A DNA stretch of 33,927 nucleotides from an uncultured bacterium (GTDB lineage: Bacteria > Fidelibacterota > Marinisomatia > Marinisomatales > Marinisomataceae): positions 1 through 33,927 of the forward strand of contig CAYZYM010000002.1 in NCBI GenBank assembly GCA_964482595.1, in the 5' to 3' direction. The translations under genes and the position numbers were made by a program. Positions 10,044 to 17,746 of the stretch are shown in pieces. The stretch's first letter is position 1, and each line of letters begins with the position of its first letter. The notes beneath the pieces are model-generated. The model searched no databases, was not told the origin of the DNA, and saw only the letters and a program-made list of their open reading frames with translations.

Positions 10044-10455
10044 TATAAATAAAAAATTTTCTAAGGTTAGAGATGGATTTTCGATCTTAGAAGGACAAGA
10101 CAAACTAGTATATTTAATCGATTTAGGTAAAAAACTTGATGAGATCGATTCAAAAGACAAAATTAATGAAAACAAAGTCAATGCATGTACTTCGCAGACA
10201 TGGATTAAATTAGAAAATAATACATTTGTCACTCTAAAAGCAGATTCTGAAAGCGCAATTGTAAAAGGGCTATTACGAATTTTACAAATTGGGTTTAATA
10301 ATTCAGAAAAAAAGAGTATTATTGATTTTATTGATAAATTTGATGAACCAATAAAGATTTTTGAATGGCTCAATATAGGACCAACCATTTCTAGTCAAAG
10401 ACAAAATGGATTTATTGGTGCACTATTGTTTATTAAACAGGAATTAAATAAATGA
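10036..10455 (+). CDS. sufE: Sulfur acceptor protein SufE
   Basis: 139 aa. Conserved active-site Cys context (VNACTSQTWI versus E. coli GCQSQVWI), plus DSESAIVKGL and SSQRQNGF, collinear with E. coli SufE. Overlaps sufD by 8 nt. Confidence 0.85.
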   Translation: MDNINKKFSKVRDGFSILEGQDKLVYLIDLGKKLDEIDSKDKINENKVNACTSQTWIKLENNTFVTLKADSESAIVKGLLRILQIGFNNSEKKSIIDFIDKFDEPIKIFEWLNIGPTISSQRQNGFIGALLFIKQELNK

Positions 10456-10973
10456 ATAAAGAATTTATATTGCAATCAGACATTGAAGTTTTTAGTGTCC
10501 CTGATGGTGTCAAAACATTATTAACTAAAGGGACTCCTGGTATTATAACACAATCTTTAGGTGATAACTTTACTGTTGTTGTAGAAGGCAATATGTATCA
10601 AGTCAAAGGAGTCGATGCAGAAGCAATAGGAGAAGAAAAGAAGTTAATCGTTAGCAATAATTTTGCAAATGAAGAAGAAGTGTGGAGTATGCTTGAAACA
10701 TGTTATGACCCAGAAATTCCTGTGAATATTGTTGACTTAGGGTTGGTATATGATTGTACACTTCAAGAAGAAGGAAAAGGTGTTAATGTATTTATTAAGA
10801 TGACATTAACAGCTCCTGGATGTGGAATGGGTCCTGTTATTGCAGATGAAGTAAAAGAAAAAATTTCTTCATTACATGGGACTAACAATGTTGAAGTAGA
10901 ATTAGTATGGGAACCACAATGGAACCAAGATATGATGTCTGATGCTGCAAAACTTCAATTAGGTTTATATTAA
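10452..10973 (+). CDS. sufT: DUF59/MIP18-family Fe-S assembly protein (SufT-like)
   Basis: DUF59 core CYDPEIPVNIVDLGLVY ... LTAPGCGMGPVI. The ~65-aa N-terminal extension and 173-aa size are typical of long SufT proteins. Lies inside the suf operon with a 4-nt overlap. Confidence 0.75.
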   Translation: MNKEFILQSDIEVFSVPDGVKTLLTKGTPGIITQSLGDNFTVVVEGNMYQVKGVDAEAIGEEKKLIVSNNFANEEEVWSMLETCYDPEIPVNIVDLGLVYDCTLQEEGKGVNVFIKMTLTAPGCGMGPVIADEVKEKISSLHGTNNVEVELVWEPQWNQDMMSDAAKLQLGLY

Positions 10974-12185
10974 ATGAGCGCAGAAAATATTCGAAAAGAA
11001 TTTCCAATTCTTAATCAAAAAAATCGTAATAAAAATTTAATTTATTTTGATAGTGCTGCTACCAGCTTAAAACCTATATGTGTAATCGAAAAAGAAATGG
11101 AATTTTACAAAGAGTATGGTGCAAGTGTTCATAGAAGTGTTTATGAATTAGGTGAAAAAGCAACAAATGCATTTGAAAATACAAGAAAAAAAGTTGCAAA
11201 ATTTATTGGAGCAAGCTCTGCTAATTCTATTGTATTCACAAAAAGTGCTACTGAATCAATTAATCTTGTTGCTGATGCATGGGGATTTAAAAATTTAAAA
11301 AAGAATGACGTTATTTTACTTACTGACATGGAACACCATTCAAATATTGTTCCTTGGCAAATTATTAGTGAAAAAACAGGAGCAAATATTGAATATGTTA
11401 AATCAAATCTAGATGGCACACTTGATTTGGACGATTTTGAAAATGCGTTAAATCCAAATGTAAAGATAGTAAGCGTCACTCATGCATCAAATGTTTTAGG
11501 AACAATTAATCCAATAAAAGATATTGTTAAAAAAGCACATCACTATGGTGCATTAGTAATGGTAGATGGGTGTCAAAGTGCTCCACACATTACAATTAAT
11601 GTTACAGAATTGGATTGTGATTTTTTTGCATTTTCAGGACATAAAATGTTTGGACCAACAGGGGTTGGTGTTTTGTATGGGAAAAAAGAAATTTTACAAG
11701 ATATGCCTCCATATCAAACTGGTGGTGGAATGATTGAAGAGGTAACGATGGAAAAATCTACTTGGACAAGCATCCCTCATAAATTTGAACCTGGCTCACC
11801 AGTATCTGCACAAGTAATTGGTTTGGGAGCTGCAATTGATTTTTTCAATACAATTGATAATAATCATATAGAAATACAGAAAGACTTAACATCATATGCT
11901 CTCAATAGGTTAAATGAAATTGATGGAATAACTATTTATGGGGACGCTTCCGAAAGAACTGCAATTATTAGTTTTAATATTGATAATATTCACTCACTTG
12001 ATATTGCACAGTTCCTTGATTATGAAGGAATCGCTGTAAGATCAGGACATCACTGTTGTAAACCGCTAATGAATAAATTAGGGATATCATCATGTGTTAG
12101 AATTAGCTTCCATATATATAACGAAAAAGATGAGATTGATACTTTTATTGAAAAACTAAATAAATCAATTGAAACGTTAAGTTAA
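10974..12185 (+). CDS. sufS: Group II cysteine desulfurase SufS
   Basis: PLP-lysine motif FSGHKMFGPTGVGVLYG and active-site Cys loop RSGHHCCKPL. 403 aa, starting immediately after the sufT stop. Confidence 0.93.
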   Translation: MSAENIRKEFPILNQKNRNKNLIYFDSAATSLKPICVIEKEMEFYKEYGASVHRSVYELGEKATNAFENTRKKVAKFIGASSANSIVFTKSATESINLVADAWGFKNLKKNDVILLTDMEHHSNIVPWQIISEKTGANIEYVKSNLDGTLDLDDFENALNPNVKIVSVTHASNVLGTINPIKDIVKKAHHYGALVMVDGCQSAPHITINVTELDCDFFAFSGHKMFGPTGVGVLYGKKEILQDMPPYQTGGGMIEEVTMEKSTWTSIPHKFEPGSPVSAQVIGLGAAIDFFNTIDNNHIEIQKDLTSYALNRLNEIDGITIYGDASERTAIISFNIDNIHSLDIAQFLDYEGIAVRSGHHCCKPLMNKLGISSCVRISFHIYNEKDEIDTFIEKLNKSIETLS

Positions 12186-14041
12186 GAAATATTTTCTGCT
12201 ACAATGTCTGCCACATCTTTTACTTCTATTTTATCCTGATCAGCTGGAGTTAATGGACCAATACCTTGGTTCATCATTCCGTAACAAAAATTACATCCAG
12301 TAACAACGGTATCTGTTTTTGATTCAATAACTTGTTCAGCACGTAATAAATGAGTGCGTCCTTCGCCAGTATCCTTTTTCCACCAAAGTGCTCCACCTGC
12401 TCCACAACATAATGTTTCTTTACCGCTTTCTTCTAATTCAAAAAATTCTGGTGCTGCAGCTTTAATTGCATTTCTAGGACCATCTACTTCATCAAGAGTT
12501 CGGGATAAATTACAAGGATCATGGTATGTCACTTTCTCTAAACTCCCAGGGTTAATATTAATTTTACCTTCCTCTAATAACTCATTAATTACTTGAGTAT
12601 GATGTTTAACTTCATATTTGATTTCATGATATTTGCTATACTCTTTTTGTAAATTAACAACACAGTGAGGGCACATTGTGGTCACTCTTTTTACTTTATT
12701 TAGTTCTTCTACATTATTATCCATTAACATTTGATAAGTGAGCTTATCTCCTAACTTATTTGCTGGGTCTCCAGAACATTGTTCATTGCTGAGCACTCCA
12801 TATGTGACACCAGCCGAATCAAGGATTTTAGTAAAATTCTCAACTGACTTAACAAAATTTGGATCCATAGCATGTTTTGCAAAACACCCTAACCATAAAA
12901 CAAGTTCTTTATCTGGTGTATATTCAGGCATTTGTTGAAGTAATTCACTAGATGATGCTCCTTCTGTATTGCCCGTTTCTTGTAAGTTTCTAAGTAGTTT
13001 CTGATACTCTTGTGGAACATCTCCTTCAACCATCACTTGGAAGCTTCTGATTTCATCTGCTTTTTCAACATGATTACCTACTGGGCACACTTCAGTGCAT
13101 GCTTGACATGTTGTACACTCCCACCCTGCTTCAACATTAATTTTATCTACAACATTTACATCATTTGATTCTAGCATTGGATCTTTTAGATCTAATATGA
13201 AATGATATTTAGGATCAAGAATACCTCCGCCTCTATTTGCAGGACAAACATCTGTGCATCTTCCACATTCGACACAAGTAAAAATATCTAATGCTTGATC
13301 TTTACTTAGTTTTGACAAATCTAACAACAATTCATCCAATTCTTCTTCTGAAGCTTCTAAATCGATTGGAATAGGTGGATGATTTGGCACTTCAAAAGGT
13401 CTTAAAAAAATATTGAATGGAGATAGAACAAGATGCATATGTTTTGATTTTGGAATTAAAAATAAAAATCCGCCAATTACTCCTGAATGCAACCACCAAT
13501 TAATCTTAGCTCCAACATTACCCATAAATGGTTTTAAATGATGAATTTCATCAATTAAATAAGTAATCATTAATGTGGTAATAAATACAGTTACTAATGC
13601 TGATGTAGCAGAAAATTTACCTAATGCTTCAGGCTTAGTAACAAATCGTCGATATGCTAATCCTAAGATACCTGTAGTGCATAATATTGCCCATGGAGCT
13701 CCAAAAAAATAAAAATAATTTTTTCGGATAGTATCATTAAAAATATATAAATCAAATGCTGTTAAAAAATGATTAACAGTTATTAATCCAAAGAAAATAA
13801 ATCCATACATAACAAATGCATGGAAAATACCAGCAGACTTTCTGTCTCCGCTAGCTACTTTTTTGTGAAGAATCACCTCATCGAATACTCTTGTGAGTCT
13901 TTTTGGCAAATCTTCAATACTGAAATCTAATTTCCCTTTTAAAACTATGTTAAGACGTAAAAGAAGCTGATAAAGAAAAAAAGATATACCAGATAATAAA
14001 AAAACTGCTAGAACTAGCTGTTCAATAATATAAAATTTCAT
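12182..14041 (-). CDS. Membrane-anchored Fe-S oxidoreductase: NarI/DsrM-like cytochrome-b-type TM domain fused to an HdrD/DsrK-like (2x[4Fe-4S] + CCG) domain; candidate ETF:menaquinone oxidoreductase (EtfD/EMO-like)
   Basis: About 5 predicted N-terminal TM helices carrying His74/His91 and His185/His201/His203 (ORF numbering). Ferredoxin motifs CVECGRCTDVCP and CTTCQACTEVCP. C-terminal Cys-rich CCG-type motifs (HDPCNL, LCCGAGG, GCNFC). Lies 9 nt downstream of etfA. Confidence 0.75.
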   Translation of the reverse strand: MKFYIIEQLVLAVFLLSGISFFLYQLLLRLNIVLKGKLDFSIEDLPKRLTRVFDEVILHKKVASGDRKSAGIFHAFVMYGFIFFGLITVNHFLTAFDLYIFNDTIRKNYFYFFGAPWAILCTTGILGLAYRRFVTKPEALGKFSATSALVTVFITTLMITYLIDEIHHLKPFMGNVGAKINWWLHSGVIGGFLFLIPKSKHMHLVLSPFNIFLRPFEVPNHPPIPIDLEASEEELDELLLDLSKLSKDQALDIFTCVECGRCTDVCPANRGGGILDPKYHFILDLKDPMLESNDVNVVDKINVEAGWECTTCQACTEVCPVGNHVEKADEIRSFQVMVEGDVPQEYQKLLRNLQETGNTEGASSSELLQQMPEYTPDKELVLWLGCFAKHAMDPNFVKSVENFTKILDSAGVTYGVLSNEQCSGDPANKLGDKLTYQMLMDNNVEELNKVKRVTTMCPHCVVNLQKEYSKYHEIKYEVKHHTQVINELLEEGKININPGSLEKVTYHDPCNLSRTLDEVDGPRNAIKAAAPEFFELEESGKETLCCGAGGALWWKKDTGEGRTHLLRAEQVIESKTDTVVTGCNFCYGMMNQGIGPLTPADQDKIEVKDVADIVAENIS

Positions 14042-14050
14042 TTTAAGCTG

Positions 14051-15016
14051 TTATTTTTGAAGTGCTTCAGTGAGTTTTGGAACAATTTCCATCAAATCAC
14101 CTATGACTGCATAATCTGCAATCTCAAATATTGGAGCATCCTCATCTTTATTAATTGCCATAATCGTTTTTGACCCTTTCATGCCAACAACATGTTGAAT
14201 AGCCCCCGAAATTCCAACAGAAAGATATAATTTTGGTGAAACAGCTTGACCAGAACTCCCAACCTGTCTATAGCCAGGCAACCAACCCATATCAACTACA
14301 GGTCTTGAAGAAGCAATTTCTGCATTCATGGCTGACGCTAATGATTCAACCAAAGGTAAATTATCTTGACTTTCAATTCCTCTTCCTACAGAAACAATTA
14401 ATTCCGCTGTTGTTAAATCTACGCCTGAAGCAGACTCTTGAAATTCAGCTTCGCTTTCTGATTTTATATCACTTGCTTCAAGATTAACTGAAAAATCTGA
14501 TTGACTTTCTGACCCTCCAATCTGCATATCATCAGAAGAAAATGCTGCAGACTGAAAACTTAAAAGCACTGTATCTGAAGTTGCTTTAACTTTTGTAGCA
14601 AGCTTTGCATTAAAAACTTGTCGTGAAAAAATTGGAGAATCATTGTCATAGTCGACAGATATAATATCACTTACAAATGGAATATCAAGTTTTGCACTCA
14701 CTCTAGGTAAAAAGTCACGCACCATATAAGAATGACCCATAAGAACATATTTCGGTGATAATTCAGATATTACATTAGATAAAACTTTAGAATAGCCATC
14801 AGCAGAGTAAGCATTAATTAAATCATGCTGCGCTAAAATTAAATTATTGGCCTTATAATCAGATGCTTGATCTCTTAATGAGCTAGCATTTTCTCCTAAA
14901 CACAAAATAGATAAATCTAAACCAAGCTTATCAGACAATTGTTGGCCTGCAACAACGGCTTCCTGGCTAAAAGCATGAATATTACCTCTTTGATTTTCTA
15001 GTACAACAAGTATCAT
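14051..15016 (-). CDS. etfA: Electron transfer flavoprotein, alpha subunit
   Basis: 321 aa with the C-terminal FAD-binding signature PKLYLSVGISGAIQHVVGM. Its ATG overlaps the etfB TAA (TAATG). Confidence 0.9.
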   Translation of the reverse strand: MILVVLENQRGNIHAFSQEAVVAGQQLSDKLGLDLSILCLGENASSLRDQASDYKANNLILAQHDLINAYSADGYSKVLSNVISELSPKYVLMGHSYMVRDFLPRVSAKLDIPFVSDIISVDYDNDSPIFSRQVFNAKLATKVKATSDTVLLSFQSAAFSSDDMQIGGSESQSDFSVNLEASDIKSESEAEFQESASGVDLTTAELIVSVGRGIESQDNLPLVESLASAMNAEIASSRPVVDMGWLPGYRQVGSSGQAVSPKLYLSVGISGAIQHVVGMKGSKTIMAINKDEDAPIFEIADYAVIGDLMEIVPKLTEALQK

Positions 15017-15783
15017 TAAATAACCTTTAGAGTATTTTTTAAGATATCTAACATCCTTGCAACAACAGAGTCGACATCTCCTTCAATTTTTTCTGTAACT
15101 TTTTCAGTTTTTGGAAGAAATAGTTCAATAAATTTTTGTTTATTATCACCTAATGAGTTTGCATGAAGAGACTTAACATCTTTTCTTTTAGCTCCCATAA
15201 TTCCTTTTAAAGATGGATATCGAGGCTCGTTAATACCCGATTGGATAGAAATGCTAGCTGGAAATGGTAAAGTTACCCACTGAAACCATCCTGATTCTAA
15301 TTCACGTTTAACTTTAATTTTACCATCTTCCATCTTTGTCTCAATACCAAGGGTAGCTGTGGACATATCTAACAGCTCTCCGATGAGAACACCTGTTTGT
15401 CCTGAACCTAAATCATCTGATTGCAGTCCAGAAAAAATCAAATCAAATGACTCTTCTTTAAGATTTTCAGAAAAAAGTTTCGCAATTGATAAAGGGTCAG
15501 TATCAATATTATCATTATTAATAAAAATTCCTCTGTCAGCTCCTTTTGCTAAACCATCTTTTAAAACTTTTGATGTATTATTTTCATTCCCCATTATTAC
15601 CACTACAACTTCTGTATCATCATTTAATTGTTCTTTAATTTGAAGAGCTTCTTCAAGTGCATAAGAATCACTTTCATTGACGACAAAATTAACGACAGAT
15701 TCATCAATCCAGCTTCCAGATGAATCTACACGAATACTTGATTCGTAACTTGGTATTGCTTTTGTTAGTACAGCTATTTTCAT
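15016..15783 (-). CDS. etfB: Electron transfer flavoprotein, beta subunit
   Basis: 255 aa. N-terminus MKIAVLTKAIP, and the recognition-loop region INEPRYPSLKGIMGAKRK is typical of EtfB. Confidence 0.9.
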   Translation of the reverse strand: MKIAVLTKAIPSYESSIRVDSSGSWIDESVVNFVVNESDSYALEEALQIKEQLNDDTEVVVVIMGNENNTSKVLKDGLAKGADRGIFINNDNIDTDPLSIAKLFSENLKEESFDLIFSGLQSDDLGSGQTGVLIGELLDMSTATLGIETKMEDGKIKVKRELESGWFQWVTLPFPASISIQSGINEPRYPSLKGIMGAKRKDVKSLHANSLGDNKQKFIELFLPKTEKVTEKIEGDVDSVVARMLDILKNTLKVI

Positions 15784-15873
15784 TTTTTCTCAAAAACCGA
15801 CTACTCAGTCTAATTATCAATATAATTCAAATCATCAAAGGAAGCAAAAGAAAAAAATGAGGTGATATATAAA

Positions 15874-15948
15874 CAGGCTATAAAGGAAAGTTGATAGCGG
15901 GGGAATTCTTTCAATCTTTCAAGATTTTATAGCCTGAAAAAATCTTGA
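15874..15948 (-). promoter_or_regulatory. Structured leader/terminator candidate: two mutually exclusive hairpins between the acidic-protein gene and etfB
   Basis: Hairpin B has 11-bp perfect arms at 15874-15884 and 15926-15936 (CAGGCTATAAA / TTTATAGCCTG). In minus sense it is followed by UUUAUAUAU. Hairpin A has 10-bp arms at 15919-15928 and 15939-15948 (TCAAGATTTT / AAAATCTTGA). A's downstream arm and loop overlap B's upstream arm (minus sense). Confidence 0.35.
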
Positions 15949-16007
15949 GGTTCTATCAATTTAGTGTTAAGACTTGTGAATTGTAAAGTAAAATCGCAGT
16001 TTTGAGC

Positions 16008-16406
16008 TTACTCTTCCTCGGTAGCAAACTTGGTCCAATCATTAGAAACAGCAGATTCATCAATAGAATCTTTTGTTTCTGAATCAGAATTATCAAATTT
16101 TTTATCCTCTTCATAAATATTTAAACTGTCTTTTTTAACTTCATATTTATCTAAATCAAGCTCTTCGTCTTCTGTATCTAGGCTTTCTTTATCTTGATTA
16201 TATAAGTCTAAATCAAAAAAATCTAAGTTTTCGACATGGCCATTTTCCATCAAATATTCGAGGAATGGTAAAAATGCTCTTTGCTTTAAATTAGTATTAC
16301 AAAGAGGGCATTTTAATTTTTTCCCAATTTCAGAAACTTTAATTTCCTCGTCACAACAAGGACTTAAAACTTCATCAATTGCATCTAAATTTGGTATTTC
16401 ACTCAT
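16008..16406 (-). CDS. Hypothetical small acidic protein with an N-terminal Cys-cluster (zinc-ribbon-like) and a D/E-rich tail
   Basis: 132 aa. SPCC-x17-CPLC Cys cluster near the N-terminus. The C-terminal ~80 residues are strongly D/E/K-rich and end in WTKFATEEE. I recognise no family. Confidence 0.55.
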   Translation of the reverse strand: MSEIPNLDAIDEVLSPCCDEEIKVSEIGKKLKCPLCNTNLKQRAFLPFLEYLMENGHVENLDFFDLDLYNQDKESLDTEDEELDLDKYEVKKDSLNIYEEDKKFDNSDSETKDSIDESAVSNDWTKFATEEE

Positions 16407-16438
16407 AGAGAGGAAGATATTAGATGTTCTTCACTGAG

Positions 16439-17191
16439 TCAACAAGTTTTGTAAATATTATGTAACCTGTCTTTTTCTTCTTCTGAAAGAGACTTTTCTC
16501 TTCTTGACATTGCTTTTTGAGCAGCTTGACAAAAATCATCGAATGAGATCTTTGTAATCTTTTCTTTATAATAAAGAGAAAATGGAGGGATATATCGTGG
16601 AGGAAATGCCTGGGATACAATATTAGATCCCATCCCAATGATTGTTCCTGTATTTAGATTAGTGCCAATTGCTGTTTTCACATGATCACCAATCACTGAA
16701 CCAAAGAAGATTGATCCTGTATCTATCAAATCTCCATCCCATTTTACACTTACATTAGAGTAATTGTTCTTTAAATTGCTAGTAGTGGTCCCTGCCCCAA
16801 GATTAACCCAAGAACCAATGAAACTATGTCCTAAAAACCCTTCATGGGCTTTATTCGAATATGGCTGGAATATTGAAGAATGTATTTCTCCAGAAACTTT
16901 ACAATTATGATTAATAATAGAATGAGAAATAGTAGAATGGGATTTAATAAGACAATTCTCTCCAATAAATAAAGGGCCATTTAAAACACTAAATGGCTCA
17001 ATTGTGACACTATCATCAATAATCACTGGTCCATTCTGGTCATTGATAATGACATTTTCATAATTTTTAAAAGCGTTAGATTGATTTGTAAAAAGCTTTG
17101 AAATATTATTTATCATTTCCCAAGGGGATTGCATATCATCAGATAAAGCTTTTTGATCAAATAAAATAATTTCTGATATAAAATTTTTCAT
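16439..17191 (-). CDS. Left-handed beta-helix (hexapeptide-repeat) protein resembling the C-terminal part of the alternative GlmU-like putative sugar nucleotidyltransferase family; N-terminal domain absent
   Basis: The stretch SNKAHEGFLGHSFIGSWVNLGAGTTTSNLKNNYSNV ... GDHVKTAIGTNLNTGTIIGMGSNI ... FPPRYIPPFS matches my recollection of the Bacteroidota GlmU-family (~390 aa) C-terminal two thirds. This ORF is only 250 aa. Confidence 0.7.
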   Translation of the reverse strand: MKNFISEIILFDQKALSDDMQSPWEMINNISKLFTNQSNAFKNYENVIINDQNGPVIIDDSVTIEPFSVLNGPLFIGENCLIKSHSTISHSIINHNCKVSGEIHSSIFQPYSNKAHEGFLGHSFIGSWVNLGAGTTTSNLKNNYSNVSVKWDGDLIDTGSIFFGSVIGDHVKTAIGTNLNTGTIIGMGSNIVSQAFPPRYIPPFSLYYKEKITKISFDDFCQAAQKAMSRREKSLSEEEKDRLHNIYKTC

Positions 17192-17715
17192 TTTTTTATA
17201 AACTGCCCAATCATATCAAATGTTCCATTTAAATCTTTTTGATAATTCTTATCAAGTATAACATTATAATATTTTTTTGAATTATCATAATTAAAACCCA
17301 TTCTTACCTGAGAATCACATGCTCTTAATAAAAAAGATGCAAATGCACTGAAATCAATATTCAAATCAATCATATTTTGATAATTTTCTTTTTTAATTTC
17401 GTCAATAAACCACTCATTTGGTAATCCTAATGAATCAACATCTTTGTAACTATATAATCTTGAATATTTTTGCAATCTGTCAGAATAAAATTTGACTAAA
17501 GAATCTTTTACAAGAAAAACCAACTTATCTTTTATTTCTGAAGAAGCTTCATTTAAAATTAATTCCGAAAAATCAAATGCAATATCTGTGTCAGGCAACA
17601 AAATCATAATAGAACCTGATTGTTGGTCACTATAGTTGAATGATTGTTGAATATCAGGAAAATGCTGCTTGCATTTTAACCAATAAATAATTTTCTGGAT
17701 TCGAGAATATTCCAT
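17188..17715 (-). CDS. Hypothetical protein; pattern resembles the N-terminal (acceptor-side) Rossmann half of GT9 heptosyltransferases
   Basis: 175 aa. ENYQNMIDLNIDFSAFASFLLRACDSQVRMGF resembles the GT9 motif YDlviDLqgslrSalltrlsgakkRiGF. There is no C-terminal donor-binding half. ATGA overlap with the downstream LbH gene. Confidence 0.45.
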   Translation of the reverse strand: MEYSRIQKIIYWLKCKQHFPDIQQSFNYSDQQSGSIMILLPDTDIAFDFSELILNEASSEIKDKLVFLVKDSLVKFYSDRLQKYSRLYSYKDVDSLGLPNEWFIDEIKKENYQNMIDLNIDFSAFASFLLRACDSQVRMGFNYDNSKKYYNVILDKNYQKDLNGTFDMIGQFIKK

Positions 17716-17746
17716 GTTTCTAATTTTAGGATTAAATTAACCCATT

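Noticed and set aside
9909-10388. 159-aa minus-strand ORF spanning the sufD/sufE junction
   Set aside because: It is antisense to two recognisable suf genes. Long antisense ORFs are expected because AAA/GAA-rich sense codons yield stop-poor antisense frames.
11141-11479. 112-aa minus-strand ORF inside sufS (the same applies to 8951-9193 in sufD)
   Set aside because: Antisense to conserved genes, with no motifs.
12354-15643. Plus-strand ORFs 12354-12596, 12738-12938, 14233-14487 and 15359-15643 inside the oxidoreductase, etfA and etfB genes
   Set aside because: All are antisense to genes with strong family signatures and are judged spurious.
16420-16638. 72-aa minus-strand ORF overlapping the 3' end of the beta-helix gene in another frame
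   Set aside because: It overlaps the conserved C-terminal region of the LbH protein, would run into the 32-nt spacer, and has no features of its own.
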